The translations under genes and the position numbers were made by a program. This document shows positions 35,081 to 44,720 of a stretch of DNA of 64,000 nt, one piece after another. Origin of the DNA: an uncultured Bacteroidota bacterium (GTDB taxonomy: Bacteria > Bacteroidota > Bacteroidia > Bacteroidales > Bacteroidaceae). The notes below the pieces were generated by a model. It was given only the letters and a program-made list of their open reading frames with translations. It was not told where the DNA came from and did not search any database. The stretch is taken from positions 2,418-66,417 of the forward strand of contig CAMVLL010000002.1 in assembly GCA_947168315.1 (NCBI GenBank), written 5' to 3'. The first letter of the stretch is position 1; every line of letters starts with the position of its first letter.

Positions 35081-35950
35081 TTGAAAATATTGTCACACAA
35101 ATCAAGCACTGGTAAAGTTCGCAGAAAGAAATCGACAAGGCCGACAAGTAAGTCGTCGAAAAGGAACAGAGGCCGGAGGAAGAAGACATCACGTCAGATG
35201 CCTAAAGGATTGTTTTATGCTGTGACAATACTATTGTCGATAGTCTTTTTGGCTTTATTCTATTATTTCTTTATCCGTCCATTCTCTTATCGTTGGAAAC
35301 CATGCTATGGTTTAAAGGCTTATGGTATTTGTATGCCATCTGGAAATTATGTTCATGGAATAGACCTTTCTCATTATCAAGGAACGATTCGATGGAAACA
35401 GTTGGCAGAAGTCAAAAAAGGACCTTTCCCTATTCAGTTTATGTTTGTCAAAGCGACGGAGGGTGGTGATTTGGAAGATAATATGTTCTCCTTGAATTTT
35501 GACTCAGCCAAGGCATATGGCTTTATTCGTGGAGCTTATCATTTCTTTAATCCTAAAACCGACCCTGTCAAACAAGCGAATTTCTTTATTAAGAATGTAA
35601 AGTTGGAAGATAATGATTTACCTCCCGTACTGGACATTGAACAAAAAGTAGATGATGAAGAATTGTTGCGTGACAATGTAAAGGTTTGGCTTAAATTGAT
35701 AGAGAAACATTATAAGAAAAAACCGATTATCTACGCCTCATATCGTTATAAAACACGATACCTAAATGATTCCACTCTTAACAGTTATCCATATTGGATT
35801 GCGCATTATTATGTGGACAGCGTTCAATACCAAGGTCAATGGAAATTTTGGCAACATACGGATATAGGAACATTGCCAGGCGTTAAGGAAAAAGTAGATC
35901 TTGATGTATTTAATGGCACAATCGATGAGTTACGTGCCTTGACTCGTTAA
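35081..35950 (+). CDS. GH25 lysozyme/muramidase, membrane anchored
   Basis: GIDLSHYQG, KATEG, GAYHFF, PPVLDIE, FWQHT, VDLDVF; basic N-terminal tail plus one TM; start uncertain. Confidence 0.9.
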   Translation: MKILSHKSSTGKVRRKKSTRPTSKSSKRNRGRRKKTSRQMPKGLFYAVTILLSIVFLALFYYFFIRPFSYRWKPCYGLKAYGICMPSGNYVHGIDLSHYQGTIRWKQLAEVKKGPFPIQFMFVKATEGGDLEDNMFSLNFDSAKAYGFIRGAYHFFNPKTDPVKQANFFIKNVKLEDNDLPPVLDIEQKVDDEELLRDNVKVWLKLIEKHYKKKPIIYASYRYKTRYLNDSTLNSYPYWIAHYYVDSVQYQGQWKFWQHTDIGTLPGVKEKVDLDVFNGTIDELRALTR

Positions 35951-35957
35951 ACTGAAA

Positions 35958-36806
35958 TCAACTCATTTTCTCGAATTTTGCGACTATCCAATGATTGTAT
36001 TCTTTGTGATAGAGATATATCATTCCTAAGCTTTCAGCTTTTCTTTGAATCATTGGAAGATCTTCTTCATAAAATCCACTCATGACGAGAATTGAATGAG
36101 TGCGCATGCAGTCTGCATATGCGGGCATATCGTTTAATAAGATGTTCCGATTGATGTTTGCGAGAATCAGGTCAAAAGATTCTCTTCCTTTTAGAAGGCT
36201 TGCGTCTCCCCATTCTACATTGATATTATTCAAATGGTTCAGTTCAACATTTAAGCGTGCGTTATTAACACTCCACTCATCAATATCAATAGCTGTTACA
36301 TGGGCCGCACCACGCATGGCGGATAAGATACCTAAGATGCAAGTGCCACATCCCATATCCAGAACTGTTTTCCCCGTTATGTCAGTATCGAGAAGTTCAC
36401 GGATTATACCTTGTGTGGTCTCATGATAACCTGAACCAAAAGCCATTTGTGGGTTGATGACAATATCATAAGTTGTATGGGGAATATTGGTGTGAGCTGT
36501 ACTGTGTACACAACATTTGTCTTCAATGACAATCGGTTGAAAAACGTGCTCTTCCCATTCTTTGTTCCAGTTTTGATATGCTGCTTGTTCTATTGTATAT
36601 GAAATCTTTGTGTCGGGAAATGGAAAATCGAATATGATGTCTTTAAGTGCATCTTCATTCAATAGCGTATCTTGGATGTACGCCTTCAAACCTCCTTCAA
36701 ATTCTGTGAAACTTTCAAATCCGAGTTCTCCTGCCATTGCGGCAAGCACGTCAGCTTTATCTGTGCTATAAGGTTGAATAGAAAATGTTACTTCAATGTA
36801 TTTCAT
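35958..36806 (-). CDS. prmA: Ribosomal protein L11 methyltransferase
   Basis: PQMAFGSGYHETT, LDMGCGT, DIDEWS, ANINRN. Confidence 0.95.
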   Translation of the reverse strand: MKYIEVTFSIQPYSTDKADVLAAMAGELGFESFTEFEGGLKAYIQDTLLNEDALKDIIFDFPFPDTKISYTIEQAAYQNWNKEWEEHVFQPIVIEDKCCVHSTAHTNIPHTTYDIVINPQMAFGSGYHETTQGIIRELLDTDITGKTVLDMGCGTCILGILSAMRGAAHVTAIDIDEWSVNNARLNVELNHLNNINVEWGDASLLKGRESFDLILANINRNILLNDMPAYADCMRTHSILVMSGFYEEDLPMIQRKAESLGMIYLYHKEYNHWIVAKFEKMS

Positions 36807-36860
36807 ACCTGAATTTTTAAAAAGGTATATTATAGCACAGATTAAAATTGTATGAAATGA

Positions 36861-37883
36861 TTAGTTATCCTTTACAGCGATACATTCCATTTCAATCAGC
36901 CATTCTGGTCTGCAGACTTTTGCTTGGACAATGATGTATGGAATAGTCGGGTAGTGGGATTTCATATACTCTTCTGTGGCTTGATAATCCGAGATGTCGC
37001 GTAGATAGATAATGAAATAGTTGATATCATCCATCGAAGCACCGCCTTCTTGGAGTAGGGCATTGATATTCTCTAACAAACGGTCAGTCTGTTTCTTTAA
37101 GTTACCCAAATAGATGACATGACCATATTTGTCAATGCTGGCTGTTCCTGAGATAAAATATATCTTCTTATCCGGCAAGGTGAGACGAGTGCCCCGTTCA
37201 AAGGAAACTCCATATTCGTGAGTCGGACTAAGATGATCGAGTGCTTTCAAGTACAGTTTGTCATGTTCGTCAATCTCAGGATAAGTCAGGAAATCCATGG
37301 CCACGAAAGCGTTGCGAATATGAGAATTACCACCAATACCTGTACTTGCTATAAAATGAGTGTCAATGGATAGACCATAACGTTGGAACACATCATTTCT
37401 AGCTTTAACAACGCCGCCATAGTTGTTATCTATGTCACTGACATAGATCCAAGTGCGGACACAATGTTTCTTCATGTCTAAACCAGCCTCTTTGAGCAGC
37501 TTAATGTATTTCTCAAAGAGCATCATTGTCTCAAGGTATGAGTTGTTGCACTTCGCTTCTTCCTCGGTCAGTCTAAGTGAATGGAACAAGAACGGGACTT
37601 TAGAGTCGGAGGTCTTGATGAGCACAGATAATTTGGAGCAATCTAATGGAGTTTGCTCAACTATTGTACATGCAGTTTTGGAAAGAATGTCTTGATAGAG
37701 TTCAGATTCTATCAATTGTTGATATTGATTTTGAGCATCACTAAGGAATATCTTACAATAATGAAGGGCTCTCCCTTTCTCTTCTTCTTCTGAAAGATAT
37801 TTTAATAATGTGTGGTGCAGTTGCTGTATTCTCTCTTGAAAAGCACCTTCAGGTTTACAATTAAAAATAATGTATTGATCCAT
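36861..37883 (-). CDS. Extended Rid/YjgF-family protein (FkbO/Hyg5-like architecture)
   Basis: VRTWIYV, ASTGIGG, FERG, ISGTASID, VCRPEWLIEME; -7 element TATCTTTG at 37909-37916. Confidence 0.8.
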   Translation of the reverse strand: MDQYIIFNCKPEGAFQERIQQLHHTLLKYLSEEEEKGRALHYCKIFLSDAQNQYQQLIESELYQDILSKTACTIVEQTPLDCSKLSVLIKTSDSKVPFLFHSLRLTEEEAKCNNSYLETMMLFEKYIKLLKEAGLDMKKHCVRTWIYVSDIDNNYGGVVKARNDVFQRYGLSIDTHFIASTGIGGNSHIRNAFVAMDFLTYPEIDEHDKLYLKALDHLSPTHEYGVSFERGTRLTLPDKKIYFISGTASIDKYGHVIYLGNLKKQTDRLLENINALLQEGGASMDDINYFIIYLRDISDYQATEEYMKSHYPTIPYIIVQAKVCRPEWLIEMECIAVKDN

Positions 37884-38364
37884 TCTTTCCTATTTTCTTT
37901 TAATTTTGCAAAGATATATCTTTTTCTTTAATAAATATCACTTTTTTAGCAAAATACTCATAAATAGGTATGTAGTTAAATTAATTGAACCATAAAATGC
38001 ATGCTATTAGGTTAAACTTGTACCTATTTGAAAGTTTGTCTCAAAGCAATTTTTTTAACTGGTCGTCTAGCAGTACAAAAGATCTTGTTTTAGTTCTCAC
38101 TTAAAAAAAATAATTCTAATGTAAAAATAAAATTAAAATGTGAAACCGTAGGGCTCATTATACTTATTGTTTTTTATCTTTTCTCCTAAATAATATGATA
38201 GTTATGTAGTATAGTCTATTTTAATGGTGAAAAAAAACACTATTTTATATCAATTAGATTATTTAAAATAGCCATTTTGTGCTATTCTAAAACGCCTTTT
38301 AAAGTTTTAAAACAATTTGACCAACAAAAAAATGAAAGAATTTATCTACTTAAAAAAATAATTG

Positions 38365-38415
38365 TATATTTGTCATTAAATCTAATACTTTTTCAATCAA
38401 AAGTCTGTTGATTGA
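38365..38415 (+). promoter_or_regulatory. susC promoter -7 element and downstream inverted repeat
   Basis: TATATTTG at 38365-38372; TCAATCAA-N7-TTGATTGA at 38393-38415. Confidence 0.6.
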
Positions 38416-38494
38416 TATAAATATTAAGTAAGATATAAGGAAGAATATTTTGAGAAGTTCAAATATTATTGTTAACAACTTTAATCAACATTGT

Positions 38495-41400
38495 ATGAAA
38501 AACAATCTTCTGCCGAGTAGCTCTACTCGGTTGGGTCAATTCCTTAAGAATACAGGATTGGCTTTGTGTTTGATTGCAGGTGGTATTACTGGAGTTTTTG
38601 CCAATAATGGCACATTTGATGCAATCTCTGTAGTTCAACAATCAATTTCAGTTAGAGGTCAAGTTGTAGACCAGGCAGGTGAGCCTGTTATTGGTGCGAA
38701 CATCTTGGAAAAGGGTACTACAAATGGTACAATTACTGATCTTGATGGTAATTTTACATTAAGTGTGAGACCAAATGCAACATTGGTAATCTCTTACATT
38801 GGTTACACAACCAAAGAAGTTGCAGTTAACAACCAACGTACTTTGAAAGTAACTTTGTCAGAGGATTCTGAAGCTTTGGAAGAAGTCGTAGTTATCGGTT
38901 ACGGTACCGTTAAGAAAGCTGACTTAGCAGGTGCTGTTTCTGTTGTAGACAACAAGGCTTTCCGCGATCAACCTATTAATGATGTGTCTGAGACTTTGCA
39001 AGGTCGCCTTGCCGGTGTTCAGGTTGAGTCTTCTGGTGTACCGGGTGGTTCTGTAAAGATCCGTGTCCGTGGTGCCAACTCAGTGAACAAGAGCAATGAC
39101 CCGTTGTATGTCGTTGATGGTATCGTTCGTGAATCAGGTCTGGAAGGTTTGAACTCTGATGATATTCAAGCTATTCAGGTTTTGAAGGATGCTTCTTCAA
39201 CAGCTATCTACGGTTCTCGTGGTTCTAACGGTGTTGTTTTGATTACTACTAAGAAGGGTCGTGCAAACGAGCCTCAAATTACTTTCGATGCTCAGATCGG
39301 TGCATCATCCATGTATAAGACTTATGATTTGATGGATGCTTACGAGTATGCTCAAGCTTATATGGATGTAAACAGCAACCCGAATGCTTTCTCTCAAGAA
39401 GAATTAGCTTCTTATAAGAATGGTGGTGGTATCGACTGGCAAGACACTATGTTCCGTACTGCTTGGACTCAGAACTATCGTTTAGCAGTTTCTGGTGGTT
39501 CAAAGGAAACTCAGTATCGTATTTCAGGAAACTACATGAATCAGCAAGGTATCTTCGTTTATAATGATAACAAACGTTATAACGTACGTACCAACATTTC
39601 TGCTGATGTAGCAAAATGGTTGCATGTTACTGCTGACGTAAACGCTTCTCGTAACGAGCGTACAGGTGGCGGTAGCTTCGGCGCTGGTAAGGGTAATCCT
39701 GTTTGGCAGGTTGTCAGCTATTCTCCATCTATGTCAATGTTCGATCCTGACGGTGTGACTTACGCATACGATAAGTTCAACTCTATCGCTCGTAACCCAT
39801 TGGGTCTTGCTAAGTTGAATGGTGGTAATAACATTGCTAACATCTTTAATGGTATGATTGACTTGCGCTTCAATATCGTTAAGGGTTTGACTTTCACTTC
39901 TACAAACGGTATCGACTATAGAGATTTCAAGTCTTACGGTTTCTCTTCAACTAAAGTTGAATCACAGAGTAGTATGTCAAATAACGATACTCAGCGCGTA
40001 CAATACCAGTCTTCAAACAACTTGACTTACATTGGTCAATGGGGTAAGCATGGTTTGACTGCAACTGCAGTATTTGAGGCTACAAAGAATGAATCTAGAG
40101 CAATGGGTATTTCTGGTACTAACCTTCAGACTGAAAGTGTAGGTTACTGGAATGTCAGCTTGGCTGCTTCTCGTTCAGAGTCTAACAGCTATACTGCATG
40201 GTCTTTGCTGTCAGGTGTAGGTCGTGTAATGTACAACTTTGATAACCGTTATATGGTTACTGGTACGTTCCGTGCCGATGGTTCTTCAAGATTTGCTAAG
40301 AAGAAATGGGGTTACTTCCCATCAATCGCATTTGCTTGGAACTTGAGTAACGAAAGCTTCATGAAAGATGTGAAGTCTATTCAAGATGTGAAGATTCGTG
40401 CCAGCTACGGTATCGTAGGTAGCCAGGCTATCAGCCCATACGACACATTAGGTATGCTTTCTTCAGCTCAATACGGTTATGGTGGTTCAAGTAACTATCC
40501 TGGTTACTGGTTGAATAGTTTGGCAACTCCTGATTTGACTTGGGAAAAGACCAATCAGTTTGACCTTGGTTTGGAATTCAGTATTTTGAATCGTGCATTG
40601 AGCTTCACATTCGACTACTACAACAAGAAGACTACGGATGCTTTGCTTCGCAAGCAGATTCCTAACTACGATGGTGGTGGTACTTACTGGGTAAATGCCG
40701 GTGAAATTTCTAACAAGGGATTTGAGTTTGCTATCACAGCTCGTCCGTTCCAAGGTGGCAAGTTCCAATGGAACTCTACTTTGACTGGTACTTATAATAA
40801 GAATAAGGTGCTTGACTTAGCAGGTGACGAATACATCTCAGGTGCTACTCCTGCATCAGGTATGATCGCTGACGATGGTGTAACAAGAGCTCAAGTTGGT
40901 TATCCTATTGGTATTTTCTATCTGTATGATTGGAAGGGTATCGACAAGTCAACAGGTGATAACATCTATGCTGATACAAACAACGATGGTAAGGTTGACT
41001 CTAACGACCGTATCCTGATTGGTAAAGCTACTCCAGACTGGACATTCGGTTGGAACAACCAATTCTCTTACAAGAACTGGGATTTGAACCTCTTCTTCAA
41101 TTCATCATTTGGTGCTAAGCGTTTGAACATCGTTCGTTTCGGTGGATCTAACCGCGTTGGTGACTCTCGTTTCATCACCTTGAAAGATGCTTATTACAAC
41201 AACTGGGATAAGAATCCTTCAAATCCTGAATATGCTTCTTTGACAAGTGCAACAAGCCAAAAGTATCCAAACTCAACTCAATATTTGGAAAGTGCTGACT
41301 ACTTGCGTCTGCAGAACATCAGTTTGTCTTATACGTTGAGAAAGAGTGTTACGAAGTTTGCTAATATCCGTTTGTCTCTCAGCTGCCAGAACTTGTTTAC

Positions 41401-41536
41401 AATCACTGGTTACAGTGGTTTGGACCCAGCAGCTTATTCATTCTCAAGCGGTCATGCTGATGTGAACAGTGGTATTGATATGGGTGGTTACCCAACTCCA
41501 CGTACAATTACATTTGGCGCAAAATTTGATTTCTAA
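38495..41536 (+). CDS. susC: SusC/RagA TonB-dependent transporter
   Basis: GTITDLDGNF, LEEVVVIGYG, PLYVVDG, LKDASSTAIYGSRGSNGVVLITTK, C-terminal Phe; ATG at 38495. Confidence 0.97.
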   Translation: MKNNLLPSSSTRLGQFLKNTGLALCLIAGGITGVFANNGTFDAISVVQQSISVRGQVVDQAGEPVIGANILEKGTTNGTITDLDGNFTLSVRPNATLVISYIGYTTKEVAVNNQRTLKVTLSEDSEALEEVVVIGYGTVKKADLAGAVSVVDNKAFRDQPINDVSETLQGRLAGVQVESSGVPGGSVKIRVRGANSVNKSNDPLYVVDGIVRESGLEGLNSDDIQAIQVLKDASSTAIYGSRGSNGVVLITTKKGRANEPQITFDAQIGASSMYKTYDLMDAYEYAQAYMDVNSNPNAFSQEELASYKNGGGIDWQDTMFRTAWTQNYRLAVSGGSKETQYRISGNYMNQQGIFVYNDNKRYNVRTNISADVAKWLHVTADVNASRNERTGGGSFGAGKGNPVWQVVSYSPSMSMFDPDGVTYAYDKFNSIARNPLGLAKLNGGNNIANIFNGMIDLRFNIVKGLTFTSTNGIDYRDFKSYGFSSTKVESQSSMSNNDTQRVQYQSSNNLTYIGQWGKHGLTATAVFEATKNESRAMGISGTNLQTESVGYWNVSLAASRSESNSYTAWSLLSGVGRVMYNFDNRYMVTGTFRADGSSRFAKKKWGYFPSIAFAWNLSNESFMKDVKSIQDVKIRASYGIVGSQAISPYDTLGMLSSAQYGYGGSSNYPGYWLNSLATPDLTWEKTNQFDLGLEFSILNRALSFTFDYYNKKTTDALLRKQIPNYDGGGTYWVNAGEISNKGFEFAITARPFQGGKFQWNSTLTGTYNKNKVLDLAGDEYISGATPASGMIADDGVTRAQVGYPIGIFYLYDWKGIDKSTGDNIYADTNNDGKVDSNDRILIGKATPDWTFGWNNQFSYKNWDLNLFFNSSFGAKRLNIVRFGGSNRVGDSRFITLKDAYYNNWDKNPSNPEYASLTSATSQKYPNSTQYLESADYLRLQNISLSYTLRKSVTKFANIRLSLSCQNLFTITGYSGLDPAAYSFSSGHADVNSGIDMGGYPTPRTITFGAKFDF

Positions 41537-41555
41537 TATATAAGATTATACAGTT

Positions 41556-43172
41556 ATGAAAAATAAAATATTTTTAGGATGTTTGCTCGCATTCTCTTTG
41601 TTTGCAACATCATGTAGCGACTTCTTGGATGAGGATCCTAAAGGTAAATTATCTGCTGATAATTACTTTACCTCCCAAAACGACCTCGATATGGCTGTAA
41701 CAGCTCTTATGAGAAAGGTCAATGATGTCTCGAATAATACGAACCCGTGGGGTGCTTCTTGGATGGGTGATGACTTGACTACACACCCAGCAAGTAACAA
41801 GCAGGCTTACGCACAATTCGACCGCTTCGTTCCAGTTGATGATAACAAGACTGTGACTGCAAAATGGAATTCTGATTATGCAGTTATCAAGGCTGCCAAC
41901 TATTTGATCATGAACGTGGATAATACTCCAGTTTCTGACGAAGAGAAGAAAATTGCCTTAGGTCAGGCTCACTTCTGGAGAGCATACTGGTATTTTGACT
42001 TGGTACGTACATTTGGTCCAATTCCTATCAACTTGGATAATACTATTTCTCAGGAAACTCCGTTGTCAAGTGTACAAGAAGTGTACAGCTTAATCCTTTC
42101 TGATTTGGAATATTGTGTTGCTAATCTTCCAACTAGCTATTCAAAAGCTCCTCGTTTGTATGAAGGTGCTAATGCTTATATCACAAAACAAGCTGCTATG
42201 TCAACTATGGCTTGTGTTTATCTGAATATGGCTGGCTGGCCTTTGAAACAAACTGATAATTATGCAAAAGCTGCAAGTATGGCTAAGCAGGTTATCGACG
42301 GCTGTAATGCAGGAACATATGAATATAAATTGTGTCCTGAATACAAACAGGTTTACTCTTTGAGCAACAACTACAACAATGAGACTATCGTTGGTGTAAA
42401 CAAGAACCGTGCATTTACTTGGTCACAAGATAATGAAACTGGTTTCAGTAACATTTTCGAATCCCAAGGTGGTTGGGGTGACGGTTGGGGTACTTACAGC
42501 TTCTGGAAAGAATTCCCAGAAGGCGCTCGTAAGGACGCTACTTTCATGCCGAAAATCATGGTATTGGTTGGTGGTTTCAAGGGTGAATTGCATAACTTCT
42601 GGGATACAGATGCTGAAGGTAACTTTATCATCTCAGAGGCTCACCCAGCATATCAGATTTTCTGTGCATCTGGTAATGGTACAGCTGACTTTGATTATAC
42701 CTATGCTGCTAATGTGAAGATTGACCACGCTTGTACTCAACAACGTGTTCGTCACATGCGTTATTCAGAACTTCTGTTATGGTATGCTGAGGCTTCAACT
42801 CGTGCAACTAACTCTGTAAGTGCTCAAGCTCTTGACTGCTTGAATCAAGTTCGTGTACGTGCAGGTGAAGAACCTATCAGCGAAGGCGAATTAAGTGCTG
42901 CTGAGTTTGCTGACCTTTGTGTAAAAGAACATGGTTGGGAAATTGCAGGTAACTGGATGGCTTGCCAAACTCGTCGTTTCGATGAACAACGTATGGAATT
43001 GTTTGCTCAGGCATGGGCACAACGTCAAAAGGATCATGATACTGGTGTTGAGGTTGCTCCTGGTGTAATCTTGAAAGAGACATTGGCTCCTTCAGGTTCA
43101 TTCTCTGAGGCTGCAATCTATGCTCCATATCCTTCAACAGATGTTAGCTTGAACCCTGGTCTGAAGAGATAA
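41556..43172 (+). CDS. susD: SusD/RagB lipoprotein
   Basis: Lipobox TSC, AHFWRAYWYFDLVRTFG, RYSELLLWYAEA, LNQVRVRAG, LNPGL. Confidence 0.95.
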   Translation: MKNKIFLGCLLAFSLFATSCSDFLDEDPKGKLSADNYFTSQNDLDMAVTALMRKVNDVSNNTNPWGASWMGDDLTTHPASNKQAYAQFDRFVPVDDNKTVTAKWNSDYAVIKAANYLIMNVDNTPVSDEEKKIALGQAHFWRAYWYFDLVRTFGPIPINLDNTISQETPLSSVQEVYSLILSDLEYCVANLPTSYSKAPRLYEGANAYITKQAAMSTMACVYLNMAGWPLKQTDNYAKAASMAKQVIDGCNAGTYEYKLCPEYKQVYSLSNNYNNETIVGVNKNRAFTWSQDNETGFSNIFESQGGWGDGWGTYSFWKEFPEGARKDATFMPKIMVLVGGFKGELHNFWDTDAEGNFIISEAHPAYQIFCASGNGTADFDYTYAANVKIDHACTQQRVRHMRYSELLLWYAEASTRATNSVSAQALDCLNQVRVRAGEEPISEGELSAAEFADLCVKEHGWEIAGNWMACQTRRFDEQRMELFAQAWAQRQKDHDTGVEVAPGVILKETLAPSGSFSEAAIYAPYPSTDVSLNPGLKR

Positions 43173-43185
43173 TATACACTTTTAT

Positions 43186-43217
43186 AAAGGGCTTTGGTTT
43201 TTCCAAAGCCCTTTTTT
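43186..43217 (+). terminator. Terminator after susD
   Basis: AAAGGGCTTTGG-loop-CCAAAGCCCTTTTTT. Confidence 0.9.
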
Positions 43218-43277
43218 ACCTTATAATATTCTCCTTAATCATAAAAAGATTAATTTTGTGAGAATAATTATCATAAA

Positions 43278-44720
43278 ATGAAAATAGGTTATTATATCTC
43301 CATTCTAATATCTTTCTTTTTTATTGCTTGTCAATCACATCAGGAAGCAAAAAGTTCTTTGTATACATACCCAGAAATCTTCCCGGATTACAAGGATGTA
43401 ACCATACCATCAAGCATTTCTCCATTAAATTTTAGCGTAAAAAACGCAAAGGAGATGCGTGTGGATGTTAAAGAGCAGAATGGTACCGTTACATCTTTCT
43501 ACGGGAAAAAATATGTTGCTTTCCCAAAAAGGAAGTGGTTTGACATCTTAGAAAAAAACAATAATAGTTTTATTGAATTATCCGTTTCTGTTTGGAATGA
43601 ACTGCATCCGGAAGGTATCAAATACAAACCTTTTTCTATTCATATCTCATCGGATGAGATAGATCCGTATATTGCTTATCGTTTGATTGAACCGGGCTAT
43701 GAAAGTTGGAATCGCATTGAGCTTTGTGAACGGGAACTGTCATCATTTTCAGAACATGCTTTTGTTAGTAACCGAATGGCAGAAAATGCGTGTCTGAATT
43801 GTCATTCCTTTTTAAACTATTCTCCTGATACTTATCTTTTCCATGTTCGTGGGAAAAATGGTGGTACTGTTATATATCAGAATCATTCAGCCAAGAAAGT
43901 CGATCTTACTAAACTGCCTCTAGGTCGTCAAGGTGTTTATCCGATGTGGCACCCAGACGGTCGATTTGTGGCGTTCTCTTCTAATTCTACTTTTCAGGTT
44001 TTCTTCCATCAGGGAGAACAGCCGATTGAAGTTTTTGATCAAAGTTCGGATTTGATTTTATATGATACTCAAGCGAACTTGACATCAACGAACCCGCTGA
44101 TAAGTCAAGACTCTATTTTTGAGACTTTCCCTGCATGGGCTCCTGATGGAAAAAGTCTATACTTCTCAGCTGCTAAATCGGGTATTGTTCCTGATAGTGT
44201 GAAAAACATTCATTATGGTATTATGAAAATCGATTTCGATGCCCAGACCGGACAGTTTGGAGATCAATTGAAGACCATCTATCAAGCAACCGACTCGACA
44301 AGTGCGTCATGGCCTCGTATCTCACCGGATGGAAAATACTTGTTATATACTCAAGCATCTTGTGGTACGTTCCCAATTTGGCACAAAGACGCTGATTTGA
44401 AGATGATTGATTTGGAAAGTGGGGAAGAGGTAGACACTAGTATTTTGAATAGTAGTGATTCAGACAGTTACCATTCTTGGTCTTCGAATGGGAAATGGAT
44501 GATTTTCACCAGTCGAAGGATCGATAGTCGGTACACTCGTGTATTCATTGCTCACTTTGATGGGAAGGGTCAATGGAGTAAACCGTTCTTGTTGCCACAA
44601 GCGGATCCGGAAAACAATACTACGCGGTTGAAATCGTATAATGTGCCTGAGTTTGTTAAAGGAGAGATAAGAACTTCTTATTCTACTTTTGGCTCTATTT
44701 TTAAACAGATGAAGAAATGA
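43278..44720 (+). CDS. TolB-like (PD40) beta-propeller lipoprotein with a CxxCH motif
   Basis: Lipobox IAC, CLNCH, repeats PMWHPDG, PAWAPDG, PRISPDG, HSWSSNG; -7 element at 43251. Confidence 0.85.
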   Translation: MKIGYYISILISFFFIACQSHQEAKSSLYTYPEIFPDYKDVTIPSSISPLNFSVKNAKEMRVDVKEQNGTVTSFYGKKYVAFPKRKWFDILEKNNNSFIELSVSVWNELHPEGIKYKPFSIHISSDEIDPYIAYRLIEPGYESWNRIELCERELSSFSEHAFVSNRMAENACLNCHSFLNYSPDTYLFHVRGKNGGTVIYQNHSAKKVDLTKLPLGRQGVYPMWHPDGRFVAFSSNSTFQVFFHQGEQPIEVFDQSSDLILYDTQANLTSTNPLISQDSIFETFPAWAPDGKSLYFSAAKSGIVPDSVKNIHYGIMKIDFDAQTGQFGDQLKTIYQATDSTSASWPRISPDGKYLLYTQASCGTFPIWHKDADLKMIDLESGEEVDTSILNSSDSDSYHSWSSNGKWMIFTSRRIDSRYTRVFIAHFDGKGQWSKPFLLPQADPENNTTRLKSYNVPEFVKGEIRTSYSTFGSIFKQMKK

